This document shows positions 12,604 to 24,763 of a DNA stretch of 64,000 nt, piece by piece. Each line of letters begins with the position of its first letter. Positions within the stretch are counted from its first letter, which is position 1. The notes beneath the pieces were generated by a model, which worked only from the letters and a program-made list of their open reading frames with translations, searched no databases and was not told the DNA's origin. This DNA is from Picochlorum sp. SENEW3. Its lineage: Eukaryota. Location of the stretch: assembly GCA_034226945.1 (NCBI GenBank), contig CP120455.1, positions 62,001-126,000 of the forward strand, read 5' to 3'. Made by a program: the position numbers and the translations under genes.

Positions 12604-15600
12604 ATGGCAAACGACTCTGTCGGGGGAGAAGCGTCGCTTCCTCCTCCAAAGAGGGTGCGAAGGCACAGGTTTAGGACCTTCAAAGAGCGGGTTAGCGAGG
12701 TATGTTGGGGCTCTTAATGCCATATGTAAAAGAGTGGATCACATGCACCGGCGTCCCCTGGCGTGTCCAGAGTCGAGTCGTGCATGTCTTCCCCCGCATG
12801 CCTCGAAAGGGAACAAGTCACATGACGACTGATCGGAATGCCTTGGTTGCAGGTTGATATAGATGTATATAAAAGTTTGGTTCCCAGGCGGGATGCTCCC
12901 TTGCCAGGCTCGAGTTCATTTTTCCAGGAAAAGCTCACCGAGTGGAGGGAACTGAATGCCTCTCACGAGTGGCTCGAGTGCTACAAGGAGGTGCAGTCGC
13001 TGTGCACGACGCTGCCTCAGCTGATTCATCACCAAGAGGATGTTGTCAATGCGATTGTCGGGCGACTGCACATGGAGAACAGCCTGTCGCTGGAGCCTTT
13101 GCTTGATCTGGTTGCTGTGCTCTCGAGAGACCTGGCATCCGACTTTCTGCCTCATATGGAGAAGGTTGTGCTGGCGATGAGCGACATTGTGGTTTCCCAG
13201 GGGGGCGAGAGAGATCCGGAGGTGTTGGGGTACATCTACCGGTCCCTGAGCGCCATGTGTAAGAATCTGGCTCGGTATCTCGTGCTGGATTTGAAGCCAA
13301 TGTTGAAGCTCACCGCAGGTTTGAGGGCGCACAAGTCGCAGCATGTACGAAAGTTTACGGCCGATGCGTTGGGGTTCCTCGTGAGGCGAGCAAAGGATGC
13401 GCAGGCAGAGGAGGCGATTGAGTACCTGTACCATGAGGGGGTGGATGGGATGAGCCAGCCCTGTTGCGATGGGAACGGAGAGATATTTGCGAGTTCCATC
13501 AAGGGAGTCAACCATGGATTATATAGTAGATCCGAGCGGATTTTGGGCATGATTTTCAACGATGCCCTGACCCCATCGGTGGAGTCGCTCTCGAAAGAGG
13601 AGCAAGCATGGAGCAGGTCTGCAGTCTATTATATGCGGCAGTGCTCGCTCAAATCGTGTTTCGAGCATGTCCGAGAGCGTGAAATTCTGATACCAATGTG
13701 GAGTATGCTGGTGGCGTATTGCAACCAGGTAGTAGGGGTGCTCATTGCCAGTTCGGATGCTGGGAATTCTGATCCTCTCGAGTATCTGGAGGCCGGGAGG
13801 GCACTGACCTTGGCGAGAGTGGCCGTCGCCCATCGTGGTGGGTCGAGGGTGATGAGAGATCTGAACGTGTTGTTGGACGCACTGAGTGTGTGCATGGACC
13901 CCAGGTTGTATGGGCGTCAGACGAGAGACCAGCATGCGATAGAGAGCAGCACTTTTGCAGAGTACACGTGCCCCTCATTCGAGCATGCTTCCCTCTTGCT
14001 CGTATCAGACGTGATATCTGTCGCAAACAAAAGAAAGGACACGCGGTATGACTTGCAAGGGCTGTATGGCGCGTGGTCAAGGGCACTGGAGAGATCAACC
14101 ATTGACCACTACTTGGAGTTTGTGATCCGGGTGTTGGCGTCGGGGGCGGCTGCGGCGAGTGATGTGTTTATTCCTCTCGCGGTCGAGAAAATCGTGTGCA
14201 GCGATAGGGCGCATGATTTATTAGTTTGGGATGGTTTGCTCCGCCTGTGCGAACATGCCTGGTCCTCTGGTGCTCTGCTTGGTGGTGCGTCCTCAAACTT
14301 TGCAAAATTGGATGCATTCCTGCATGGAGGACTTGCATCGGAGAGGGATGAGATCATTTGGGCGGCTTTGAAATGCTCAAAATCGATATACGGCCGGTGG
14401 GAAGATGCCAGCGAATTCTTTGCGCTGGCAGAGCGCCGAGTTGGGCGCAACCTGTGCTTGACATCAACGTTGCACGAGTCAAAAATTCTTCTCTCGTCTC
14501 GCTGTATTCAGAAAGGGCAGCAGGTGGATGTTGAAAAAATACTAGAGGGCGTTACACGCCATATAGATGCGAATCCAAGAGATTATTTCGCCGTGAAAAC
14601 AGCTGCGCTGGCGGCCTCCGACTTTCCTGGGGGAGTGGTTCCAGCCCCGTCTCGTGTCGAAGCCATGACGGAGATGGTGTCTCAGAACCTTGTGAGTGGC
14701 AGTGAGCACCTCCGTATCAAATCTCTGGAATTGATCGTCAGCATGAACAAGTTGAGGGGCGAAAAGGACAATCCTCTCTCGTTGTTGCTCGAGTTGGAAA
14801 CCCACCCTCTGGGGGCAGACTCTGGCAGGCATGCCGTGGTCTCGCTAGGGCGGGTGCAGAACCTGATCGAATATGCACGGGTGCCTGAAAATTTGGTTAG
14901 GCCTACCGTTCGCGGTCTCCTCGGGGTGTTGTACGTGAAGCTGTCGTCACACTGGGGCCCTGCGGCCAAGGCCCTGGCAGCGGCCATGAGCGCATATCCA
15001 GACGTGGCGTGGCCTCTATTCTTCGACAATCTCATCAGCACACAGAAAGAACTTGTCGAGAAAGGAATGTTTACAGGAACGGGAAACCCCAGAGAAGCAG
15101 AGCAGCCTTCCTTGACGGGGCAATACTCGCGCTATAGGGCACAAGGTGAAGCGACATCCCATGCCGACGCTGCAGCTCGTTTGAGCCATCTTTTGAAAGC
15201 TCTAGCAGACGCGGACCTCTCAGTTCTGAATAAATTTTCCAAAGAGTGGGTCCCAGTAATGTTGGCGTTTGTGGATGGGGACGAAGGACAACACAGTCCT
15301 CCTGCAGGGGGGGAGGAGGAGGAGGAGGTGGAGGACGGTGGCGAGGACGACGCAGGTGTTGAGGAGGCAAAGGAGGAGGAGGCTCAAAGGCACGTGCCCC
15401 CTCGAATGAAACGTGCCCTCCTTAGAGATTGGATGAGAGTGGTACTTGGGTTCAAGTCTCTCTCAAATTTCCCAGAGTCCAAACGACTGCTCTCATCCGT
15501 CAGCGCGCATGTCATGTCCATTGACCCGTTGGTGCAAAAGACTGCTGTCAGGGTCATGAACTTGTTCAAGTTGACCTGGCTAAGCCCATATGTAGATAAG

Positions 15601-18600
15601 CTTCTCCGGTTCGCTGATAACAAGACGCTGAGGGCAGAGTTGACCGCATTTCCCCTGGCCATGAGTGCAACGTCAGTGAGGGCGAATGAAGATGCCGTTC
15701 TAGAAATTGAAAAGGACCACAGAAAAGACCTGGTCCCGCTTCTCATAGCCATGCTGTTTCCTAGAATGCGAAAGAGAAACGGTAGACTGGGAGGAAAAGG
15801 TATGCTTGTTGTGTTCCCCTTTTTTACGCGTGTTTTTTTTTAAAAGCACGCTGGTGTCAGATCAGGATTCACCCCATGGCGGTGTGGTTGTTGTTTGCAG
15901 GAGCCCCTGGTTCTGCTCGGGTTGCGATACTGAATTTCTTGTCTGGAGCCGAGTCGGAGGAACTGAGTGCTCTTTTGGAGCTGTTTCTCCTTCCGTTATC
16001 GCCGTGCTTTGCAGTGACCACAGCAGCGCCAGGCGCCTCTGTCGGGCGCCTGTACTTGTCCTCGAGGCGCGTGGACATGGCGTGGTCTACATACCTGGGG
16101 AAAATGCCCGGGGAGTACTGGATGAAGCACATAGACCTTCAAATGCTCGAAGATCAACCCATCAATCGTCATATTGGCTACCTGAATGCCATCCATGACC
16201 TGATCAGCCACCTGGGGTTCAAGATGACACGGTACTTGCCTGAGATTTGCACCCTCGTTGTCAAAATGCTGCAGATCTCAGCCAAGCAAGAGTCGCGAGA
16301 AGTCCGAATAAAATGCATCAGATTGCTGTCGACCATATTGGAGTCGTATCCGTCCCAAGCAGAGTACTCTTTCTTGTGGCCAGATTTGTTTGCCGCCATC
16401 CAGCCTTTTGTGGGCAACATATCAACGGAGTCCAACGCAGCGAGGCCACCGGCGCTCTTGGAGCTGTGCAAATCGCTGTCAGAGAGCCAAGTCCTGATCC
16501 ACGTGCTGGGTGACCAACATGATTTGTTAGGCGCGAGCATATCTGCGCTCTCGGCTCGGCATTGCTCCGACGCCAGCAGGTCCACCGTGCTGGACGTTTT
16601 GGAAAACATTTTTGACGCCGGGGCGGAGAGCATTCTGTCGGGTCACATCGACGTGCTGTTGTGCGGGCTCGAGGACGTGCTGAAGGAGTTTAGAAAGCAT
16701 AGGGCTGCAGCCAAGAGGTGCCTTGAGATTCTCGAAAGAATTTCGTCCAACACCACGAACGCCGAGACTGCGATCCACCTGGGGAGAGCTTTGATGAATC
16801 TGGTGACAGTTCCTAAAAGAAAGTGGCAAGACGATACTCGCAGGCGAATCGACGAGGAAATGACATGCAGAACGTGCAGTGCCATTGCTGCCGTGTGGGA
16901 CAGGATTGGCAGGCTGGACGGCGCTGAGCTGGACGGCGCCTTCAGCAAGGCCCCGTCGGTTCTGGCCCCACTGGTCCTCTTGCTCAGGTCTCAGGAAGCA
17001 AAAAGCAGTCTCTGTGCAGCCGTGTCCTCCCTGGCCGGGTTGTACCCCCACATGGCAGCGGGGGCATCCCTCCTGGGCAAGCTCCATTCCATGTCAAAAA
17101 CATCCCTCGACGAGCCTGATTACGACACGAGGCTGGAGGCGTACTCGAGTCTCAGGGGTGCGGTGTGGGAGGAGCTATGCTCGACAGACGAGGGGATGTG
17201 CTCGATGGTGGTATACCAGTGCTGCGTCGACCTGGCCAATCCCTCCGACCTGTCCCTTCGACATGCCGCATCAAGGGCGCTGGAAACTTTGATCGAGTGC
17301 AAGAGCAAGCACGACGGGTCAAAAGATGACATGAATCTGATTAAACGCGTCCTCATGCCCGAGGTGCGCACCAGGCTGCTGTCGTCCTCCCTCACCGTCC
17401 GGCAGGAGCACCTGGCCATTGTGAGAAAGGTTGCGCTCACCCTGCCACAGAGCTACCCGGAACTCCAGTCCGTGACGCATGTGGAGGACGACCTGGACTT
17501 TTGGTCTAATGTCTGCCACGTGCAGCTTCATCGGCGGGCGAGGGCCTTTTCCAGGCTGGGGGAGATGGATGCCGTGTTGGTCAGGGGATACATCTTGGGC
17601 CTGATAGAGAAAGCCATCGTGGAGGGCGTCGCGTCCGAGTCTGGGCACGACGCGAAACAAATAGATGTGGACAAGGGGTCCAACGTCACCGATGCCGCCA
17701 TCAATGTGTTGGCTCGGATTGGGGACGGCTTGTCGTGGGACGACGTGCAGCACCTCCTGATGCGATACACGTCTCTCATGGTCACCCACGAGGACGACGC
17801 TTGCATCAAATCCATCATCCGAGCATCATCGATCATTTTGGAGACTATTTCAAAGAGAGACGGAATTGAGGACAGCCGGTTTTTGGTGGACACGGTGATT
17901 CCCAGCCTGAAGGGCAGGATGGTGGAGCGGGAGACGGTGCGCACGCCCGTCGCGATGGCGCTCGTCAAGGTGTTGAAACTCCTGCCCGACGAGTATATAC
18001 GAAGTGAACTCCCTCGAGTACTTCAGATCGTGTGTAATTTGCTGAGGATGAGGTTGCAGCGAATCAGGGATGACGCCAGAAAGGTCCTTGCCGGCATGGC
18101 AGCAGAGCTCGGCCCCGCGTACCTGACGTTCGTCATCCAAGTTCTCAAGACGTCGCTGCCCCTGCGGGGGTTCACAGCGCACGTCCTGGGGTACACCTTT
18201 CACGACGTGTTACACGCCGTGGCACCGGCCGCACAGGAGGCGCCAGGGTGCTTGGATGCCTGCGTCCCCGCGATGGTGCCAATCATCGAGGGAGATTTGT
18301 TCACGGATATCGCCGATGCCAAGGAGGCCTCGGCGTTCTCGAGCAGCTACAAGGAATCCAAGAGGTGCAAAGCCTACGAATCATACCGGATTCTGGCCTC
18401 GTTGATTCGAGTGGAAGACACGCTGCCGAGGCTGATGGAGATTGTCTGGGAGCGTCTGCCCATGGCCAGCACCCCCAAAATGCGCTCCAAGATATCCCTC
18501 CTCCTGCAGCATGCATCAAAGGGGGTCGTCGAGAACCCCTCGGCGACGAATGACAACGTGTCGGAAATGGTGTACGGGCTGTTGGCACCCGTCGTGGAGG

Positions 18601-20489
18601 AGGAGGACAGGACGAGGAGGGTGGCAAACACAGAGCTCGGAGGTGGTGTGAAAGCCGGCGGCCAGGAGGGCCTGCACAACCATATGCTGGCAGAATTCGC
18701 CGTATCCACCTACTTTTCCTGCCTGAAGAAGAAGGTGGTGGAGGTGCCGCTGCAGCCAGGCATGATGGAGCTGTTGGCCGCCTCCCTCCAGTCCAGGAGC
18801 TCCCAGGTGGTGTCCAAATCCCTGCAGACCGTATCGTGGGTATTGTCCAGGGCAAAGGATGGGTCGATCCACAGCGAGCTGAAAGGCCGCATGGCTCGGA
18901 AAATTGTGGCACTGCTTCGAACGTGCTCCAGCACGCTGCATGCCACGGCCCAGGAGGGCCTCAAGGCCCTCGCCATCCTCGCCCCCAGCGTTGATTTCAA
19001 GGAAGGGGAGATGCGGTTTCTGCTGGAGTGGGCATTTTCCGAGCTGGCAAGCTCCTCGGAGAAGCAGGGGGCCTTCGTCTTGCTCAAGGCCATGGTGGCG
19101 AAAAAGGTGGTGCTTCCAGAGGTGTACGACGTCATCACCGCCGTGCAGGAGCTGTTGATCAAGTCGCAGCATGGCGTCATCCGGCAGCTTTCCTCCACGG
19201 TGCTCCTGTCGTACCTCTTGGACTACCCTCTGGGGAAAAAGAGGCTGGAGCACCACCTGCACTTTTTGCTGTCAAACATGGGGTACGAGCACGAAACGGG
19301 GAGGCACGCGAGCATCGACCTCCTGGGCGCCATCGTCCAAAAATTTCCGCAGCAAGTGCTGCTTTCATGGGCGGACAAGCTGTTCCTGGTGTTTGTGACG
19401 CGCATCGTCAACGAGGAGTCCAGAAAGCTCAAGGAGTCTGTGGTGCAGCTCGCCTCCCTGCTCGTGTCCCGAGTGAACTACGACACGCGCAAACGGCTGG
19501 TAATAGACTATTGCGGCCAGTGGGTGTCCCAGGGCGAGGATGCGCGAGGCGGCATGATGAAGGGGGCCTGCCTGGTCGTCATGACAGAGGCGATGCCGGC
19601 CATGGAGCCCGGCCTGTTGGAGGAGTTCGTCTCCCGGAACATGGCGAGCATCTGCGACGACAGCATGTTCCATCAACATGGCAGCAGCGATGCCATGTTG
19701 ACGCACAAAAGCTTGGTGTTTTTGGAAAAGGTGCTGGAGCGGGACCCTCCGGTCGTGGGAGGCCGAGACGCGCTGCCGTGGGACAAGGTGGCCTCGCTCC
19801 TCGTCCACAAGCACACCTGGGTGAGAAAGGCAGCAGGGAGGGTCGTGGGCCTAGGGCTCCATCACGCATGCTGCGGTGCCTCGTCGCATCTCGCCGACCT
19901 CTTCTTGCGGCAGCTGAAGGAATTGATCACGAACGATGCAGAGGCCGATGCCCTCGGGGCCCAGGCGGTGAAGAGCCTCGTGTTCCTCTTGCCGAGCTTG
20001 GAGGACCACTACGTGTCGGAGGTCCTGGTCCGAAACATGGTAAAGATTGCCGATACCACGAGCTACGTCACCCGCACCCAGAGAAACTATGCGCTTCGGT
20101 TCATCGCCGCGAGCGTGACGCGCTTGGGCGCCGAGGCCAGCCAAACGCACCTGTCCAGGCTGCTGTGGCCCATCTACAGGATTTTGTCGGACGACGGCGA
20201 TCCGTGTCAGATGAAAGAACTGGCCCAGGACATATTCTCGCACATCAAAAAGGTGGTGGGGGCCGACGTGGCCATTGCCCACTACAACGAGGCCCGGGAG
20301 CAGGTGCAGAAGATTCGCCGGGACAGGAGCATCGGCAGGAAGCTCCTGGAGCACGTGGACCCCGAGAAGGCGGCCAAGCTCAAGCTGCACAGAAACCGAC
20401 GGAAGAAGATTGGCAGGAAGAAAAAAATGGAGGACGTGAGGCGGTTGCGCGACGTTGGCGTCAAGGTCAAGAACCGGATCTCCAAGTAG
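12604..20489 (+). CDS. UTP20: U3 snoRNA-associated protein 20 (SSU processome HEAT-repeat protein); exons 12604-12699, 12853-15799, 15901-20489
   Basis: N-terminal HRFRTFKERV|VDIDVY, WRELN, LPQLIHH; DRIM-like EPDYDTRL and HVQLHRRARA; YEHETGR; basic C-terminus. Two GT..AG introns keep the frame; about 2,540 aa. Confidence 0.93.
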
Positions 20490-20654
20490 AAGAAGAAGAT
20501 GGAGAGAGATCTTGCGCAAGATCTGCGAGGATCTATCCTTGTGGATAAGGAGTGGCGCATTCGCATCTTATCTTGTCCTTCCTTCGCTTGGAGCCAGCCA
20601 ATGTAGCAATAGAATATATATATAGTTGTGATAAAAACAAACCCAATTACTTGA

Positions 20655-21818
20655 ATGATGTTACGAGCCATGTACTCGACGACAGCAGCACCTGCAGCTG
20701 GAGGCAGGACCGCGACGGTGGTGCCATGTGGAACCGCTCGAGCACATGTGAAACAGCAGCTGCACGCCGCGCGACCACGGTGGGGAGGAAGCGAGCGTCG
20801 TGTGGCGCCAAAATGCACTGTTATGGCATCGGTTTCCGCGGATACCGCGGGTGCTGCCGCGACGGCGGCAGGCTCGGACAAGGCCACCCAGAAGCCAACC
20901 GTCGTCATCACCGGGGCCTCGTCCGGCCTCGGGTTGAATGCGGCCAAGGCCTTGGCGGCGAGCAAGGACTGGCACGTGGTGATGGCATGCAGGGACTTTG
21001 CCAAGGCCCAGAGGGCGGCCAAGGATATGGGGCTCCCGGAAGGGTCCTACACGGTGATGCACTTGGACCTGGCGTCCCTGGACTCTGTCCGCCAGTTTGC
21101 CAAGGCGTTCCAGGCCAGCGGCCGCCGCCTGGATTGCCTGGTGTGCAATGCCGCCGTGTACTTGCCGACGGCGAAAGAGCCGACGTTCACGCCGGACGGG
21201 TTCGAGCTGTCGGTGGGAACCAACCACCTGGGCCACTTTTTGCTGGCAAACTTGTTGCTCAAGGATCTGGAGGGGGCCCCGGAGAACAGCCCGGGACCCC
21301 GCATGATTATCGTGGGGTCCATCACCGGAAACACCAACACCATGGCCGGAAACGTGCCCCCCAAGGCGGACTTGGGCGACCTGTCCGGGCTGGCAGCCAA
21401 GGCGTCCATGATTGACGGAAAGGAGTTCGACGGCGCCAAGGCGTACAAAGACTCCAAGGTGTGCAACATGCTGACGATGAGGGAGTTCAACAAGAGGTAC
21501 GGAAACGGGCGCGTGACGTTCAGCTCCCTGTACCCGGGGTGCATTGCCGACACGGGGCTGTTCAGGAGCCACTTCCAGCTGTTCAAGACGCTGTTCCCCC
21601 TCTTCCAAAAGTACGTCACCAAGGGGTACGTGTCGCAGGAAGAGGCTGGCAAGAGGCTGGCCCAGGTGGTGACCGACCCACAGCTGAGCAAGAGCGGGGT
21701 GTACTGGTCCTGGTCAGACAAGGACGGCAGCTTTGAGAACCAAATGTCCGAGGAAGTGTCCGACGATGCCAAGGCAGCAACCCTGTGGGACCTGTCTGCC
21801 AAGCTCGTGGGCTTGTAA
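20655..21818 (+). CDS. POR: Light-dependent NADPH:protochlorophyllide oxidoreductase
   Basis: [45 protein letters not shown]-terminal transit peptide. Confidence 0.97.
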   Translation: MMLRAMYSTTAAPAAGGRTATVVPCGTARAHVKQQLHAARPRWGGSERRVAPKCTVMASVSADTAGAAATAAGSDKATQKPTVVITGASSGLGLNAAKALAASKDWHVVMACRDFAKAQRAAKDMGLPEGSYTVMHLDLASLDSVRQFAKAFQASGRRLDCLVCNAAVYLPTAKEPTFTPDGFELSVGTNHLGHFLLANLLLKDLEGAPENSPGPRMIIVGSITGNTNTMAGNVPPKADLGDLSGLAAKASMIDGKEFDGAKAYKDSKVCNMLTMREFNKRYGNGRVTFSSLYPGCIADTGLFRSHFQLFKTLFPLFQKYVTKGYVSQEEAGKRLAQVVTDPQLSKSGVYWSWSDKDGSFENQMSEEVSDDAKAATLWDLSAKLVGL

Positions 21819-21822
21819 ATAG

Positions 21823-22500
21823 ATGAATATGTTTTTTTCTAATAGTAGCAGTAACGCACAACGAAAAAAGAAACTGCTGCGGAAGCAGCAACGCGACGTC
21901 AACTCGCTGATCCGAGAACTGGACAGGGAGCGACTGCAGCTCCAGCAGCAGGAGAAGGCGCTCATAGCCGACCTCAAAAAGTTTGCGAAAGAACAGCAAC
22001 TAGATGCAGCAAAGGTGACGGCGAAGTCCATCGTCAGGAACCGGGGGGCCGTGACCAAGCTGTACCAGCTCAAGTCGCAGCTGCAGGCCGTGTCGCTGCG
22101 CATGGCCGAGGTCACGTCCACCCAGGCGATGACCGATGCGATGAAAGGAACGACAAAGGCCTTGGGGGCCATGAACAAGAAGATGATGCACAACGACACC
22201 ATCGTGAAGATACTCAAGGACTTTGAGAAGCAGAACCAGGTGATGCAGATGACCAACGAACAGATCGAGGCGTCCACCGACACCAGCACCCTCGAGGACG
22301 AAGACGAAGAGGAGGCGCTGGTGAGCTCGGTGTTTGAAGAGTTGCAGCTGAACGACATGATGGCCGGCATGGCGCTCCACGTGCCGCGTGGCACTGCCAA
22401 CAAGGCTGCCAACAAGGAGGGCGAGGAGGAGGAGGAGGGGGAGGGAGGAGAAGACATCCAGGCGCTCCTGGAGCGGCACCGGAAATTGATCGACGATTAG
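21823..22500 (+). CDS. VPS2: ESCRT-III Snf7-family subunit, VPS2/CHMP2-like
   Basis: RELDRER..QEK.LI.D.KK.AK, LKSQLQAVSLR, AMKGTTKAL..MNK, FEKQN; acidic C-terminus. Confidence 0.88.
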   Translation: MNMFFSNSSSNAQRKKKLLRKQQRDVNSLIRELDRERLQLQQQEKALIADLKKFAKEQQLDAAKVTAKSIVRNRGAVTKLYQLKSQLQAVSLRMAEVTSTQAMTDAMKGTTKALGAMNKKMMHNDTIVKILKDFEKQNQVMQMTNEQIEASTDTSTLEDEDEEEALVSSVFEELQLNDMMAGMALHVPRGTANKAANKEGEEEEEGEGGEDIQALLERHRKLIDD

Positions 22501-22569
22501 ATTAGATTAGCATTAGTAGTAGACAGTGGATGAATTATTATTACCATGGTTTGGTAGTATTATGACGAA

Positions 22570-23370
22570 CTAACAAGTGTCCCTCTCGCAAGCATCCATG
22601 CACTTGTTGTACTTGGTGCCAGCGTATTTCCCGCAACGTTCGGCGTCGCACTCCCTGCTGCACCAGGGCGGGATTCTTCCACGGCGAGACGAATACGTGG
22701 TCCCCAAAATTGTGGGGGCGTACGGATCGTCGGCGAACAGCAGGCGCCTGCCGCTGGCACCCCCTTCGTCCCCTTGCTCCACCACGACCAGGCCCGCGTC
22801 GTCCACCTCCAGGGTGGTGCCGTCCACGGTGTACACGGTGGCGCTGACGTTGGGCACCGCCGTGATCTTGGACACCCGGAACATCGTCACCGAGCCGTCC
22901 TCGGCAGACGGCACCAGCACGCTCTCCACGCTCCTCAGCTCCTCGGGGTCGGCGAACCGATACAGCCGCGAGGCCTCGACCCGCTGCTGGGCCAGGCCCG
23001 TGCTCATCACCTCTCCGGTGGAGGCCGACACCAGCACCCCGTCGTTGTCGTTGACCTCCTGGGTCAGCTTGACGATGGCGTACACCGTGCCGCACAAGGT
23101 GGCGACCAGGACCAGCACGGCCACGAACAGCGCGGCAGCAAAGTTGCGCATCAGCCGGCGGTCCCCCACGGCCCTCTGCTCGCTCCGCATCACCTCCACC
23201 AGCTCTTCCACCGACAGCGACCCGTCCTGGTTGGCGTCCGCGGCGCGGATGCGCTGGGCCAGCCCCGGGGGCACGGCCCCGCTGCGCAGCAGCACCTCCA
23301 CGTCCACCAAGCAAGCACTGCAGTCGTCCGTGTCGCTGCTGCCACCCTTGGCGCCGGTGGTGTTCATCAT
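22570..23370 (-). CDS. EF-hand plus single-TM protein with RRLL motif and Cys-rich C-terminal peptide (function unknown)
   Basis: Canonical EF-hand loop DANQDGSLSVEE; hydrophobic helix FAAALFVAVLVLVATLCGTVYAIV; GRRLL; terminal W-C-x3-C-x4-C...C-x3-C-x4-C. Start placed at MMNTT. Confidence 0.7.
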   Translation of the reverse strand: MMNTTGAKGGSSDTDDCSACLVDVEVLLRSGAVPPGLAQRIRAADANQDGSLSVEELVEVMRSEQRAVGDRRLMRNFAAALFVAVLVLVATLCGTVYAIVKLTQEVNDNDGVLVSASTGEVMSTGLAQQRVEASRLYRFADPEELRSVESVLVPSAEDGSVTMFRVSKITAVPNVSATVYTVDGTTLEVDDAGLVVVEQGDEGGASGRRLLFADDPYAPTILGTTYSSRRGRIPPWCSRECDAERCGKYAGTKYNKCMDACERDTC

Positions 23371-24383
23371 TATTTGTCCTTCTTTTGTTGTGGTTGTTTC
23401 TGTAGTACTCGTTACCACAAAGAAAAAAAAAAGATGGTCGCTTTCGAATTTTTTTTTTCTGCCTCTCGGGTTTTTCTTTCACAGCGTTACATCATCCCTA
23501 CTATGCGTAGTACGTCTACTACTAATGGCGAGGTCCGACGAACGGACGGACTCACGTCCTGGCTGGTCGGACACTCCCGCTTTTGTTGCAGCGGCACAGC
23601 AGCATGGATACTATACAGATATAATACAAAGACAGTGCAGATTTTCTGTGAGCAAAGCCGTCCTGATCTCCAAACTGCTCCCAGAGGTCATATAAACTTG
23701 CTTGCTTCGAAGCAAAGGCATTGGATCCGACGAAGGCCGTCCAAATCAGGAATACAGCTTTGTGCCCATGGTTGGTGCGAGCATGGTGCTGGAGGCGTTT
23801 CGAGAGAAGCACTGTGCAGGCAAGAGTACCTACCATACCGTAGTGACCAAAAGTATAGTTTCGGTTTTAATGTCTCACCGGGGTGCCTCTGGACACATTA
23901 TTCGGTGCTCAGGCTGACTGGGAGGGCCCTATATTCGGGGCTTAAAGCCATGTGCTGGTCCCGTAAAGCGATTCTGTGGTATTTATAAAGTCATTACATG
24001 CATATGAATCCCATTCCATCAGCGCAGGGAGGCCAGAAGCGTCTATTTTGGCGTTCATAGGCTGGCTGGACCTGTTCCCTCATGCAGGGCAAGCTCATTC
24101 ATACCTCCCACAAGCTCCTCATCTACATCAGGACTATACCCATACTACCTCTCCTCCTGATCCTCATCTGGGCAATCCCTTAAACCGGGGCCTCACTGCG
24201 TTCGGCACGGGCGGGATCCTGACGAGGCCGGAGGACACAACCTCTTCCTTACACTGAAAGGGAAGACATCATCACCAGGTTTGTGTGCCACACTCTGTAA
24301 CACGTCACTCCTTTATGTGTTTCTCCATTCCATGTAATGCAGTCTCAGTCCTTCCCAGCGAACGCACAGGTTCTTTATCCGGT

Positions 24384-24763
24384 TTGGCGAGCGAAGCGAG
24401 CCCTATATCCTGTTTGTTTCATATTGATCTGTGTTCGAGGGCGTTAGGCCTGCGAACTGGCTGGCGAGGAAAGCGATGCCAGGTTTTTTCAGCTCCCCAA
24501 CTGCCAGAGAGCCTGTCGCGTGTTTGGTTATGTGACACTGGTTACATTGAGTTGGCCGAGCGGAGCGAGGCCTATTTGTTATTGCAAGGCCACCAGGCCT
24601 GCGATTGGGCTGGAGAGCGAAGCGATACCAGCCTTCTTTAATGATCTTCGGCGGCAGACCGTCATCATGACTATGTAAACGTTCCATCTAACCGACACAG
24701 CCGCGCAGCGACAGAGGGAGCCCTTCGGGCGACCGACCAGACAGGCGAGCGAAGCGATGCCTG
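24384..24763. repeat. Cluster of five stem-GA-GC-GNA-GC-GA-(T)-stem mini-hairpins, partly arranged as a degenerate tandem repeat
   Basis: ggc-gagcgaagcga-gcc (24386), ctggc-gaggaaagcgat-gccag (24461), ggcc-gagcggagcga-ggcc (24554), ggctgga-gagcgaagcga-taccagcc (24608), caggc-gagcgaagcgat-gcctg (24742). aggcctgcga precedes units 2 and 4. Confidence 0.75.

Noticed and set aside
19028..20548. 506-aa alternative-frame ORF and many long antisense ORFs over UTP20, POR and VPS2
   Set aside because: Shadow ORFs caused by high GC3 in real genes; low-complexity Arg/Gly/Pro translations with no motifs.
22541..23988. Long overlapping ORFs (22577-23695 +, 22774-23988 +, 22541-23482 -)
   Set aside because: Antisense or alternative frames of the GC-rich EF-hand/TM gene, which is the only frame with recognisable motifs.
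24215..24275. CTGACGA...GAAA considered as a hammerhead ribozyme core
   Set aside because: I could not form stem II closing directly onto GAAA or a consistent stem I/III.
24384..24763. Hairpin cluster considered as a CRISPR array
   Set aside because: The repeats are not identical, spacing is irregular, there are no cas genes, and the context is eukaryotic.
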